In this document: positions 46,401 to 60,009 of the stretch, piece after piece
Position numbering within the stretch: position 1 is the first letter of the stretch
Layout: every line of letters starts with the position of its first letter
NCBI GenBank assembly: GCA_002269645.1
Contig: NIVC01000137.1
Span: 434,001 to 498,000, forward strand
DNA: 64,000 nt
Direction of reading: 5' to 3'
Source of the DNA: Macrostomum lignano
Taxonomy: Eukaryota
Notes under the pieces: generated by a model
Told to the model about the DNA's origin: nothing
The model's input: only the letters and a program-made list of their open reading frames with translations
Databases searched by the model: none
Made by a program: the position numbers and the translations under genes

Positions 46401-47509
46401 AACGCTAGCCAGAGGATGCTAATCAGAGAATGCTAATCAGAGAACGCTAGCCAGAGGATGCTAATCAGAGAATGCTAATCAGAGAATGCTAATCAGAGAA
46501 TGCTAATCAGAGAATGCTAGCCAGAGAATGCTGATCAGAGAATGATAATCAGAGAATGCTGATCAGAGAATGCTGATCAGAGAATGATAATCAGAGAATG
46601 CTGATCAGAGAATGCTAATCAGAGAGTGCTAATCAGAGAATGCTAATCAGAGAATACTAATCAGAGAATGCTAATCAGAGAATGCTAATCAGAGAATGCT
46701 AATCAGAGAATGCTAATCAGAGAACGCTAGCCAGAGGATGCTAATCAGAGAATGCTAATCAGTGAATGCTAATCAGAGAACGCTAGCCAGAGGATGCTAA
46801 TCAGAGAATGCTAATCAGAGAACGCTAGCCAGAGGATGCTAATCAGAGAATGCTAATCAGAGAATGCTAATCAGAGAATGCTAATCAGAGAATGCTAATC
46901 AGAGAATGCTAATCAGAGAATGCTAGCCAGAGAATGCTAATCAGAGAATGCTAATCAGAGAATGCTAACCAGAGAATGCTAATCAGAGAATGCTAGCCAG
47001 AGAATGCTAATCAGAGAATGCTAATCAGAGAATGCTAATCAGAGAATGCTAGCCAGAGGATGCTAATCAGAGAATGCTAATCAGAGAATGCTAATCAGAG
47101 AACGCTAGCCAGAGAATGCTAATCAGAGAGTGCTAATCAGAGAGTGCTAATCAGAGAATGCTGATCAGAGAATGCTAATCAGTGAATGCTAATCAGAGAA
47201 CGCTAGCCAGAGGATGCTAATCAGAGAATGCTAATCAGAGAACGCTAGCCAGAGGATGCTAATCAGAGAATGCTAATCAGAGAATGCTAATCAGAGAATG
47301 CTAGCCAGAGGATGCTAATCAGAGAATGCTAATCAGAGAACGCTAGCCAGAGGATGCTAATCAGAGAATGCTAATCAGAGAATGCTAATCAGAGAATGCT
47401 AGCGAGAGGATGCTAATCAGAGAATGCTAATCAGAGAACGCTAGCCAGAGGATGCTAATCAGAGGATGCTAATCAGAGAATGCTAATCAGAGAACGCTAG
47501 CCAGAGAAT
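43465..47509. repeat. 14-bp satellite (AATCAGAGAATGCT), ~289 copies, with higher-order structure
   Basis: Direct inspection; variant monomers recur at fixed multiples of 14. Confidence 0.97.
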
Positions 47510-47846
47510 TTTTGTCTTAAAAATGGAAAAAAAAGAAAACTAGCCGTGAAGATTGCATGACGACTATTTTTAGAAACATTTGCTTCAAGTCTGTTGTCAA
47601 ACTTATTGATGCTTTAACTGCAGCTTTTGAGTCATGCAGTCCTACTCCACCTGTGCCCATCACCTACTGTTTGTCGCTTGCTAGGAAAGCAAGCAAACAG
47701 CTTTTAGCATTAGTTTCAGCGCGCTTTAAATGTCTTGCTTTGTCGGTCGAAATTCGGGGATAAAAGAGAAGAATTATTTACAATTTAAATGGATCATAAA
47801 ATCTTGTTTCATTTGCTTTAAATATAGAAAATATCTCGCTTTGAAG

Positions 47847-47996
47847 CAGGGGCGGACCCAGGATTTTATCGAGGGGGGGGGGGCAAGCCTCACGTCTGGT
47901 CAGGATAGAGCTGCAATTAGGGTACCATGATACCAATACAGCATGATCCCAATACATCTGAGAATTTTTTGGCAGAGCTTTTTTTGTCCGCCCCTG
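47847..47996. mobile_element. 150-bp hAT-type MITE
   Basis: 11-bp TIR CAGGGGCGGAC/GTCCGCCCCTG; perfect 8-bp TSD CTTTGAAG at 47839-46 and 47997-48004. Confidence 0.92.
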
Positions 47997-49040
47997 CTTT
48001 GAAGGTAAGCAGATTTGACCCGAATATATTAAAACAGTACTGAAAATTTGCATTAGACATTGTTGTAAGAACCCGACAAAAATGTTATAGCCAATATTAA
48101 AATAATAAAATATGCTACTGACACTACTTGTACAACCTTTAACAGTAGCATCAAAAGAATTTTTTAGGTTTTTATGTTCGTGCCTCGTACTTCAGCACGG
48201 ATAAGAGCTTAATAAAAATTTAACTTATAGATCTTAGTAAGCTGAAATATTTGGAATTAATTTCTTCTTCAACTGCTAGGAAAGCGCGTTCACAACTTTC
48301 TGAGCTGCTAACTTGACTGCGTGCATACAATTCTTTGCGATGACGTCATCATTGGCCTTTTTGACAATTTTTTTTTTGAGATTCGGATTCAAATTTGAAT
48401 GCAAGACAAGGAAAAACCGTCCCGTTTTCTCCACCGTGAAACACGGGCCTCTCTTCTTTTGCTTTCGCGAGTTTCCAGCTTCATCTGCTTTAGTAAAGAT
48501 GATTTTTGACTAGTCAATCAAGAAATCTAGATTAGAAGACAGATGACTAAAAAGGATAAAAGCAGTTCAAGCGCTTTTTCGCTAGCCCGCAAAAGCAGAG
48601 CAAAAACAGAAGCTCAAGAAAGCTAAATTTATTGGCTAAAGAGAAGGCTAGTTGAAATGTACTTTAAATTACTGTTGGGGTTGAGTTAGCACAAAAGCAA
48701 AAAGAACTAGAATAATATATAACTAACTTCAACAAATGGGAAGTCAACAGAACACAAAATACAGTCCAAACAGAATTAAAGTATTTTTGGTGACGCATTG
48801 GCACTAGAAAAGAAGTAGGTCACTTCAAGTGTTTTATCACCCCCGTGTTGTGATAATCGATCATGCCAGTCAGTGATGTCGGGTCAGCATGAAGCTGTCA
48901 TGAAAGGGTCTACTTCGAAAATTTTTTGTTCATCCAAGCGTTGTTTTGTATCTTCAGCAACTCCAGTCGGCAGGCCAAATCATCCACACCGAGTCGTACA
49001 AGTACCGCCCACAGTCGCTACAGGAGGTGCTGCTGACGCT

Positions 49041-49580
49041 GTCACCCTACCGGTCACCCTACCGGTCACCCTACCGGTCACCCTACCGGTCACCCTACCG
49101 GTCACCCTACCGGTCACCCTACCGGTCACCCTACCGGTCACCCTACCGGTCACCCTACCGGTCACCCTACCGGTCACCCTACCGGTCACCCTACCGGTCA
49201 CCCTACCGGTCACCCTACCGGTCACCCTACCGGTCACCCTACCGGTCACCCTACCGGTCACCCTACCGGTCACCCTACCGGTCACCCTACCGGTCACCCT
49301 ACCGGTCACCCTACCGGTCACCCTACCGGTCACCCTACCGGTCACCCTACCGGTCACCCTACCGGTCACCCTACCGGTCACCCTACCGGTCACCCTACCG
49401 GTCACCCTACCGGTCACCCTACCGGTCACCCTACCGGTCACCCTACCGGTCACCCTACCGGTCACCCTACCGGTCACCCTACCGGTCACCCTACCGGTCA
49501 CCCTTCCGGTCACCCTACCGGTCACCCTACCGGTCACCCTACCGGTCACCCTACCAGTCACCCTTCCGGTCACCCTACCA
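49041..49580. repeat. 12-bp tandem repeat (GTCACCCTACCG), ~45 copies
   Basis: Almost invariant array with a few variants at the 3' end. Confidence 0.97.
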
Positions 49581-50975
49581 GTGAGGACAGGAGAGCATTC
49601 GACTTATCGTCCTACCCCAAGGACGTGCACTGTGACTATAATTATTTATTAAACTAAGAAACCCATTTGACAGCCTATTTTGTTTTTCTGTGTTCTGGTA
49701 TCGTTAAGGCGTAACGCTCATTGATGAAGCTGACCATGATGAAGCTACACCGTTCCACAATGAAACTCAGCATCCTTGCCAAGACAAGTTGTGGGCTATT
49801 AAATAAAAGTTAAGAAATCACCAAGACCCTTTAAAAGTAATTTTGTAGATTCAATACTGTGTACAGTTGCTACAGAATTCACTTCAGTCACATTGCAAAA
49901 CCGAAAAGGTTCATTGAATGCTGCATCTGCATAATCATACGGTAATGGCTAGAGTTCCGGCTCTAGCCATTGCCTAATCATCATGGTAATCATACACATT
50001 AGATAGAGCAAAATTTGACTTTCCAGTCTCTCCTATTTCAATCTATGAAGCATCGGCAGTCACAGAGTTTTCCGTTCCGACGACAGTCTCAAGCACAAAT
50101 CGGTAATCAAAAATTCTATTCGCTCACCAATTGCAAATAGACTCAGCCAAGTAGAAGTGCATTTTTGCAGTGTTAATAACATAAGAAAAGTCATAAATAG
50201 CTGTGTTCAGTTATAGAGCATTACTTGAAAGTACATATATATGCCTCGAGTCCAGTGGAGACATGATCATAAGCGCTTGCGGTAAAGCTTGTAAATTTAA
50301 TAAAGCAAAATAAGAGGGCAAATGTCTCGAACTAATAACGGCCGTTACTATATTCCGAGTGCACACGTAATAACCGAAATAAGCTAGCGATCGATCGAAA
50401 GTTTACTCCTATAAAAAACAAAATCGCTCAGGAAACTACATCGTAACTACGCAACAAAGTAAGATTTAGCTAAGAGAGCGACAGAATTAATTGTGAATAG
50501 CTCTGGCATTGAGTAAAAATGAGTGATTACGTATTGATTAAATCGGTGCAGAAATACAGAACAGTACAGAATGCAGAAGTTTTAAAAGAAATTAATTTAG
50601 GAATTTTATGACAATATGCAAATTAGAGAGATGCTTAATAACAGTCGGCAAGAAAAATGATATATTCTTTTAAAGCACAGCGTAGGACGCTGAAGGTAAA
50701 AAGAAACAGAAATTTACATTTCACTCGAATGCTCGTACGTCGATTAAAATTTTTACCACAGAATCTGTGCACAATTCACTTTGCGATAAAAAACAGCGTC
50801 TTAACAAACTCAAAACACGCTGAGTCCGGTCCCACGTAGCAAAATCAGATTGTAACTCAGGGGATGTAGAAATTCACTCGCAAGCAAATCCGCTCTCAGC
50901 TGCGCATCGATTATGGCCAAATTTCAATTTTCGATTGTGAGTCTTTGCGATAAAGATGATATTATCTCAAAAAGC

Positions 50976-51585
50976 TCAAAACACGCTGAACTTGACCCAG
51001 TCGGCGCTCGTCTCGATCTCCTCCTCCACCTGAGCGTCGGTGAACAGCAGCAGACGGCAGGCTCTCAGCTTGCTGTTGTACAGCACGTGTCTGCAGCTGC
51101 CTGAGTTGATGCCAGCCGCCATGCACTGCAAAGAGTTGGCCGCCTGCAGCAGGTCAGAATAGCAGTACTCAGTGCTGGCATGGTAGCTGGAGTCCGAACG
51201 GAGTCCGCTTCCACGAGGCAGAAGACGGCAGCGGCTGAGCGGCATTCGGAGTCCACTCGCAAGCGAACCCGAACAAAGCCCAACAAAACACATTTTCGAA
51301 TTTTCCCGGAGATGAGCGCAACAGGCAGTTCTCATCGGTGGCTCCATTCGGCTCAGTCAGCTGAGTCCAAAGTGAGTTGTTCAGTGGCATGACGCCGTTG
51401 TCGTTGACCATCTGCCAGCCCGATCTGCTCGAAGATCTCTCGTCAGCTAAGTCGGGCACTCCGAGCCCAAAGAGGCAGTCACTGCTGGCGAAACTCGGCA
51501 TGCCGCTAAGAAGCATATCAGAGAGCTGTACGAGTGGAGCAGCTCGCCTCCGATCATGGCGCACTGCCGGTTGGCCTCGCATCAA
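50976..51585 (-). pseudogene. pseudogene paralog of the C-type lectin/PAN gene
   Basis: High similarity to 41775-42380; several frameshifts; the signal peptide region is missing. Confidence 0.85.
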
Positions 51586-52047
51586 TTCAGACTTCATTTG
51601 AGACCCACATTGGAATTTTTCTAAAAAATATTTTGCAGTACTTTTTAGAGACTCTCGGCACGCGCAAATTGCAAATCCCAGGAAAAAAAATTGTGAGAAG
51701 TCATAATAAGGGAAATTCACAAGTTTTTCAAGTCAAAAAAAGACGATCGTCTCATGCATCCAGTGCTTTTCATGCCCTTTCTGCTGCTAAACATCCGCTT
51801 GTCAAGAAAGAATCTGAAAGAAAGAAACTGGGTAAATTCAGCAATTTCAAATGTAGGAAACTGAAAACTACGGTAGAATCAAGGACCACTATGTACTTCA
51901 GTACATTAGGACGCTACACTACTCAAAGACCGTGTACGAGTACTTTTTTGGAGGTCCATTTCCGTCAAAAAAGACACTGCGCAGATAGTAAAAGCAAAAA
52001 TGATTGAATTTGATCTGGGTTAGTGTGAAGATTATCGCATTCTTTTA

Positions 52048-54837
52048 CGAGGGCTGTCCAAAAAGTCTTAGGACTTTTTCACATGAATCTTTTTAACAGT
52101 CAGAAGAGTAACATTTGAAAATATCACCAACTTTTCAAAAGTTATGTGATGAGGACGCACTTTTTCCCAAATCCCGCGCTAGCACATGGGCTCTAAACTT
52201 ACTTGCCTACTAACAGTGGGCAATGGGCATTTTTATCCTTTTTCTGCGAGTTTTCATGGAATCTATACTAGATATAATGTCTGGCCATACTAGTAGTCAT
52301 AATAACATAGGCGCGGCTTTTTGGGTCATAAATCATCGCTTTCGAAGCTGGTCTGACAGCCACCTGCGCCTCACTCAGTGTTGAGGCGGGCGCCAGATGG
52401 TCTGAGAGGATGCGGGCGGTAGCTTTTTTCTCATCATCTTGACAGGCCATCAAGATTTATGAGGTCAGAGCCTATTGTTCGTGTTCACTCAAGCGTGTGA
52501 CAGCTTTGACAGCTATGCGTTTTACCCCTAAAAGTACCTTGGGATTAGTGATTAGCGATTTCTCTTCATTATCTTCACTTTCTATTTAATAAGAGCTTTC
52601 TAATGTATATTTTTTCATTAATTTCTGTCAATCCTACGCGAAAAGTCATAAATCATTTTGTTGCGATTTTGAGTGATTTATGGCCGCACCTGTCATCTTT
52701 TTACGGCCCTGTGGGAACTGATAGGATCTCCCGGTCACGTGATTCTGGGTAGCAACAAGCTTAGCCAATCAGAAAATTCGGCGCTCATTTTAACAAAACG
52801 GCTCAGCCAATCAGAATCGACGTGTTCCATTATAACAAACTGCGGTCCAGTTGGCGGCTATTTAAACCGGAGTTTTTGGCCCGCTAGGACTCAACTTTGG
52901 CTCGGGCCCAGCGCGTAACTTCCGGTTCCCGGAGCACGACCGTCGTTTCTTGATCCCCGGATTGCGACTTCCCCCCCCCATCATCATCAAGGACGAGTCC
53001 CCCGGTCATCAGCGGCGAACATCAAGTTAAGAGCATCACCTGCTAGCTAACAGCGAAGATTGTGACAGCATCATCCCGGGTCTACAGCTGCAGAGCATCG
53101 AGCCGATTCGGTCACTGTGGATTACCTGGTCTCCGGCTGTTGAGTTTCTGATTGGTTGGGTGAGAGGCTACCTAGACTTGCTTGATTGGGTGATCCCTTA
53201 TCTGTCCCCTGTTGCAGTAGCTGAATTAGGCGCACACTTTTGCTCATTCTGTTCTAGTGCTGTTGCTGAGGCAGAAATCATTCAATAATACTGCTAGTAG
53301 TCTAAGACTCTAATTCAATCTGAAGTGTGAAGTGAACTAAGGAGAAGGTTAAATCTAACAGTTATTTTTATCGGTTTTATTTCTTTGTTCGCCGATGGCT
53401 CAGATGATAGTAGCTAAGCTAGTAGGCGCCGGTCACAGTGGACCAATGGCAAGGCAGTTCTCAGTCGACCAATCTATCAAATCAGTGAGCAAAACTGCCA
53501 GAAGTGCAGAATCGGCGCCAGAGATGTGCTTTGTGCACTCTAGGGTAGCCAAGCGGCTCGGGTAAATGAATCATGCGGTCTCTGAAGTTCGAGTTAGTCT
53601 ATCATCAGCGCTATGAGAGGCTAGTTGGCGCGTTGAAGGCCAAAAATACATATCTTCGTATTTAGCAATGTAATAGTACATGTAGCTACCCCATAGACTC
53701 GCCACCGCAAGAATCCCCTGCACAAGTCCCCTCTGTACCTGCATGGCCAATGCGATCTAGTCCCAGCAGTGTCCCTTATCATCGGCTATGACTTCGAGAT
53801 TGACAGCAAAAAGACACTAGTTGGCAGGTAGGTGCGAAGCCCCTTCTAGTCGGAAGCCCGATTTCGAGAGTCCCGGTGTGGTGAGCCAGGGCGCACGGGC
53901 TGGTGGCAGCAAGTTAGTTGATCTGCGGATTAGCTAATTTCTACTTTCAAAATTCTCCCTGCTCGTCTCTCGCTGTCCCTCTCTTAGCTGTAGGACCTAG
54001 ACTGCTCGCCACACGATCAAGCTACCATGGGGCTGACCATCTGACAGGAGTGGGGGGCCAGGTCTCTAATAGATTTATTTCTGAGCCTGAGGCCCGAAGG
54101 CTTCCCTAACAAGGAGCCCGAAGGTCGAAACCCATCATATGCCTCATTTACTGCAGTGGGGTACTGCATGCATCTCAATACATGAACAGGAACTTGGATG
54201 CTGCATATGGAGCACCAGGAAACATGAGTAAGTCAGTGCTTGCTTTCATAGTTGTCTTTCAAAAAAATTCAAATATGTTCCTCAGTGGCAGCTGAGACCT
54301 TCTCAATAAGCCGCTGCTCAGCGTCGACCTCCACCTGCTGGATGGCGTAGTCATCCTTCAGTTGGATGCATTTCTTCCACCGGATAAGCATGTCATCAAT
54401 GGCATCTGCGTACGGCTTTGCCTGTCTTGACAAGAACCAGTCGCACCTTCCTGCTGACGGCGCAGTCACGGTTGGCATGAACTCTGCCCCTCGGTTTCAG
54501 AGTGCCACACAAGCCGAAGCAAATGAAACTTGTACCATACGCTCCTAGATATAGAAAGTGATGACGTGGCACATGCTAGAGATTTTTCGCACAAGTTTGA
54601 ATTTGGTTAATTTCTGTGAGATTTCAAAATTGGAGTTCAGTTCCAGTTCCTGTTCATGTATTGAGATGCAGTGCCCCACTGCAGTTAAGAAGGCATAACT
54701 TTTGAAAAGTTCGTGATATTTTCATAATTATTTCACTGTGTCGTTTGTAAGCAAAAGCCGCTATGAAATAAATCAGTTGCTATCACTCTTGCATCAAGAG
54801 TCATGTGAAAAAGTCCTAAGACTTTTTGGACACCTCG
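52048..54837 (-). mobile_element. internally deleted mariner-type transposon (~800 bp without the insert) interrupted by a solo LTR
   Basis: TA-flanked TIRs CGAGG..TGTCCAAAAAGTCTTAGGACTTTTTCACATGA at both ends; transposase C-terminus DWFLSRQ.KPYADAIDDMLIRWKKCIQLKDDY at ~54350-54450. Confidence 0.85.
52147..54137 (+). mobile_element. solo LTR (1991 bp)
   Basis: TGATG...CATCA termini; 4-bp TSD TATG (52143-46, 54138-41); two AGCCAATCAG boxes (52763, 52805); TATTTAAA (52859). Confidence 0.8.
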
Positions 54838-55959
54838 TAATACGAATGCAAAACATGTTACTGTAGTTGTGCAGTAAAGGTTTTGTTTTCATAATTTTAT
54901 TTTATTTTATACAGTGCAAGCCCAAAGTTGTAAATACTCACAAGGATTATCCCATTGCAGTCTCCTCATTATCCCCGATCAAAGGTATATTTTTAATTTG
55001 ATTTTTGATTTGGCAGCTGCTCTTCTTACTTAACTCATAAATTATATGGCCGGGGTATCGAAATTTGATGACACTGCGACAATGACCGCTCAGTCACTTT
55101 TTGACTGGCAACGGGTTTGAATGGAACCCCGCTCAGCCAATCAGCCAATCTTAATTTGTTACGGTACAAGAAATCACAAGGCCAGTTGGTACATGTAGAT
55201 ATTTAATGTACACCTGTAAACTGCTGATTTTTTCAGCTGATTGGAGCTCAAATTTACTGAATTCTGAATCCCTGGATCGCGACATTTTCCCTCTATCTCT
55301 AATTAGAGATAAGGGATAAATAGAGATAAGGGATAAATAGAGATGATCTCTAAAGGGCCTCTATAAGTTTCTGATAGGGCTGGGCGGACTTGCTTAAAAT
55401 GCTATTACAATTTGTACATCTGACATGATACCACCCGGTGAAAAATTCGACCCAGAATCGACCCAGAATATTCTGTGTCGATTCGATGTCGAATGTGCAC
55501 TCAGAAAATTTGGAAATTCGATCATCGAAATTTCGACGAATATTCGATTACTGCTATCACAGCTACTTTTAGTAGTGTTACAATTGTATATTAAAAATTC
55601 GTTCTGAAAAAAAAAGAAAATCGTCTGCTTTTTTATGAGTTAATTTTTACTTAATTGTATTGTATCCATCGCACAGCTGTGATACGTATATTTCTGTCTA
55701 TTTAGATCATCAAACAGTTTAAAAGTTACATAGAACAGTCATGTTGCGAAATTTCAGTATTAAAAATCAAAGCTTCTAAATTTCATAAAAACTGCATAAT
55801 AACAAGACTAATAAGGTTTCGGACAGTGCTGAAAGTTTGCATGTTACGAAAGATATTTTTGAGCAGAAAAAAAACAAATTTATGAAGCACTATACTCGAA
55901 ATGATTTGCTAAAATTTAATAGTCAGCGATCGGGTTACTTTTAGCAAAGGCAGGCGGAC

Positions 55960-56760
55960 AGACAGAAGCCACGCCTCGCAGCGCTCAGTCACTCTGCGCT
56001 GGCGGCAGGACCACTGGAGCTCTTTTGCTGGGGAGTGCGCAGGCCAGATCGTACGGGGGGCATCCGAGAGGAAGTTAAAAATGCGCTCCTCCACCTCCTT
56101 CGTGGCGTGCTGAATTGTACTTGGCCTTTCGAGATTGCCTCTGAAATGAAATTGAAATTCATTTAGCAACACGGGGTCTCTATAGCCTACTACCAATAGT
56201 AGCGTTCGTTAAGTCGTTAACCTAGATAAAGTTATGATCTCAGACCTAAGTAATCTATACTCATTGTCATTTCATATCAGCAACGCACCTTCACTACGGC
56301 CTCAAAGCCACTGAAGCTTATCTTGCCGTTATTTCCAGTGCGGTTGAAGTCAAACTGGACATGGAGTCTTTCCCTTCCAGCATGCAGAGCTCTCGTTTCT
56401 GTGGGAAGTAGAAGTATGTGTGGTTAGCGATGATCTTATTTAGAGCATTAAACTTATCAAGAAGTTTTTGCAAGAAAAAACTGCAGGACATCAAGCGAAA
56501 TCAACTCACCACTCATTGCTTCTGGAAATTACTGACGCCAGCATCCTGGCCTGCACGTTCATCGCTCCTGTGGCCTGTGGGATGAATTTATGAATGCACG
56601 CAATGAATTTGCTTGACTCTTGCTTAACTAAATTGTACAATATACGTTAATTTCAGCACTTTATTATACTTAAAAGTGGTGCTGACCGACTAGAGCAGGA
56701 TTTAGAAACTTACTGATGAGTTCTTGCTGAGCTCCTGACTCCTGCAGATTAAACAGTGGC
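55960..56760 (-). pseudogene. decayed spliced gene fragment, DUF4806-like
   Basis: Exon-like blocks with GT/AG ends encode QFDFNRTGNNGKISFSGFEAVVK and ATKEVEERIFNFLSDAP; frames do not join cleanly. The family assignment is from remembered motif shape. Confidence 0.35.
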
Positions 56761-56844
56761 ATCGTATACTGCTGACAAGAGGTTCGGTTTGAATGCAGTC
56801 TGTAGAATGCAGTCCTGGAGGACCTTCCTGACGGTCGCGGCGCT

Positions 56845-57075
56845 CTTGTCCAGCATCATCGGCTACCGTCGCGGCTTGTCCAGCATCATCGGCTGCCGCC
56901 GCGGCTCGTTCAGTGTCATCGGCTGCCGCCGCGGCTTGTCCAGCATCATCGGCTGCCGCCGCGGCTTGTCCAGCATCATCGGCTGCCGCCGCGGCTTGTC
57001 CAGCATCATCGGCTGCCGCCGCGGCTCGCCCAACGTCGTCGGCTGCTGTTTGTCCAGCGTCATCGGCTGCTGCCA
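56845..57075. repeat. 30-bp tandem repeat (CTTGTCCAGCATCATCGGCTGCCGCCGCGG), ~7 copies
   Basis: Direct inspection. Confidence 0.9.
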
Positions 57076-57982
57076 CGGCCCGACCAGCTTCATCGAAGGC
57101 AGTGATCCCGCGTTATATCCACAGTGAGTTGCCTCACCCATGCAACTTTTTAACTCAATGTTCATTTTTTGCCTATTATTTGTTATCTTTCACATACTGT
57201 ATAATTTGCGCTTATAACTGTGGAACAGTTTCTTTTTGCTTTGTTCATATAATCCCTGCTACAAACTTTGCTTGCATTACACCCTTCCGTTTTTATTATT
57301 CTTGTTGCCTAAAAACTATACATATGCTGTTATGTCTCATTGCTTTTATTGAAAATTTTTCTCACTCAAAATGCTGATAGGTAGTACTTGTAACATTTTT
57401 TATTCAAAAAATTTTTTTGGGGAGGCAGGTTGTGCAGGGCCCCTCCCGATTTCTTTATAAAATAGTCACCGTTTAGTCAATTTAAATTCACGCCAAAACT
57501 AAGAATCATATTTTGTTTTAATACTCGTATTTTCTATAATATTTTGCGCTAACGAATTTTTGTTTAAAACTGTAGCAAATTTTAGTATAAATAAAAGCGA
57601 TTTCAGCGGAGGAGAAGACAACCTCGCGCATCGCGGTTCCGCAATAAGTGATTGATAGCGAATAGTAAGAGTTCCGAGAAAATAAGAATTTAAGAAGTGC
57701 TTTCTGTGTTAATTCCTTTTACTGAAGCGTATACAGTACATACTATTAAGAAGCAGCAGTATTGAGTAGTAAGAGAATACGAAGTAGATCTGAAGTGATA
57801 CGTGTAAGAATAACCGGAGGCTGTGACCCTCTGATCTCGGTAACGCCCAAGGACTTGCAAAGTACATGGAATACATACACCAGTATAGCCAATAGACCAC
57901 TCAGGCCAAAAGTACAGTAAACGCTACCGGAATTAGAATAAACGCTACCAGAATAACAGAGGAATAATACTTATAAGGGCTA

Positions 57983-58340
57983 TTTTTTTAGAGGCAGGGG
58001 GGGTTGTGTGCACCCTGGCGCACTTTAAGCGACATAGGCACACAACCGGCTAGAGGCATTACTGCCCATTCCGCCGACTCCCCTGAGCAGGCATACAAGC
58101 GCGCGGATACGTTACGCAGGCACACGCTCACACAGGAGTGTACAGCGGCCCTAACTTTATCAATTGTTAGGCATGTACACTTCACTGCGCCTTGGGGGGT
58201 TGGCTCTCAAGGCCGTTAATTGCACAAGCGAGCCAAGCCGAAATTCCAATTCAGCCCCAAATTAATGTGGCTGCACTTGGAATCGAGCCTGGGTCGCGGC
58301 ACACCAGAGCAGCTGCGCTACCGCTGGGCTACGCCCCCCC
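57983..58340 (-). mobile_element. tRNA-derived SINE, full length
   Basis: Same family as 7551, 28661 and 32332; possible degraded TSD TTA(T/G)AAGG. Confidence 0.9.
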
Positions 58341-60009
58341 TTTAGAAGGACTAATAGTTTCCAAGAATAATACTCAGATAAATACTCAGACTAAATACTA
58401 ATTAAGATATATACTCAGATCAATTCTAAGAAATGTTTCTCGGATTATTCTAAGATTGATAAACCCATAATTTATTAATAGGATAATCCTGGTGGCAGCT
58501 ACCAACTTAACAAGAACACTTAAAGATTAGTGTAGGAAGTTAGCTCTAGCACAGCTTGGTGACATAACGGTGGGATAATTTCAGTAAGAGGAAACACGCC
58601 TGTAACATCTATATTATTGGAAAAGTATTTTAAACAAGAGGGTGCAGATAAACACTTTTAGAAACAGAGAGCTTGCATATATAGCAGCCGTCTGCCCAGT
58701 GTTTTAATTGCATCCATGGCAGCTATCTACCTAGTGTTTTAACTGTGTTGCATAGTTTATCCCATGTACAATATAATCTCAAATTATTGCTGTTTTTTGT
58801 TTATTTGAATAGTAGCTCGTAATTCCCAATAATTTGAACAGTATATCATATATTGTTTATTAGATGCGGCTGCCATGCTTGCATTTAAAGCACTACTAGG
58901 TGGATGGCTATTACCTATTATGCATGCAAGCTCTCCATTTTAGAAATGCTTATATTTTATAGTGATCTAGATAAACTTAAAGTCATTATTTTTTACCTTA
59001 CATTAATAAAAACTAATGTATATACTATATTTTAATGTTATCATAAAAAACTTCTATCAAAAATGAAATATCACATCATGTATTCATGTTTAAAGACCTA
59101 AAAAATTCCTGAATGGTCACAATACTCTGTCATTTACTCTGGCAGTGGTGGCATGCTTAAAAATTAGCATGCATTGCTGCAAGGAGCATACCAAAAAAAC
59201 TTTGCCAACTCCTTGATGCATTTTATGCTATGCATCACATGCGCATGCGGTAGGCCTATTACTGTATTAGATTGCTTAAGGGCTAGGATCTTATTGAACA
59301 GAACAATTTCCCCAAAAAATAGCATCCTTAGGAGTATGGACTAAATTGCTATGTGTTTTTCCCTTGTCTTAGTGTATCTTTTTTATTTTTTATTTCTTTT
59401 ATTTTTTAATTTTCTTTTATTTATTATTCAATTTTTTTATTAGATATGATTTTCTTTATTATTGTATTAGGCCATATTGGTAATAGACAATTCAACAACA
59501 AGATATTTTAGTGATAGTCACTTTGGCAACAAATTCCAACAATTTTGGCAATTTCAATGAAACTTTAAATATATAGATTTAATAAAAAGATGTAGGCCTA
59601 GCTTTTGCTTTGTTGCCTTGAAATAATTCTCTATACTATGAATAGAAAAAATGTTTATGGCCATCTTATCTAAACTGATCTATATCACTTGCAGTCAGTC
59701 TAAAAAGATAGGTAGTTAATGGAATAAAGTGATAAAAATATTTGAGTCTATATATCACCATTTTTTAATTTAATATATTAAAGTTTATTCCATTGTCTTT
59801 ACTAAACTATTATAAATACTTGCTTAAAATGGTTTAAACAGATAAATTTTTGTAAAAATATATTTACAGACACTTGTTTTGAATTTTTGTCTAACCTATC
59901 AAGAAATTCAAATAGTTTAATAAAATGCATAATTGGCTAATATCTTATTTTTTAAGTAAAATTCAAAAAAATATTGTTTTCATCAAATCAAACTTTCCTC
60001 ATTCATACT

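Noticed and set aside
48873-49652. (PVTL)n and antisense (TGRV)n ORFs
   Set aside because: Alternate frames of a stop-free 12-bp repeat; only the SPYR frame has exon-like support.
54085-54132. hammerhead-like hairpins (cccgaagg...gaaac)
   Set aside because: No intact CUGANGA core or stem III/NUH; the sequence is simply the end of the solo LTR.
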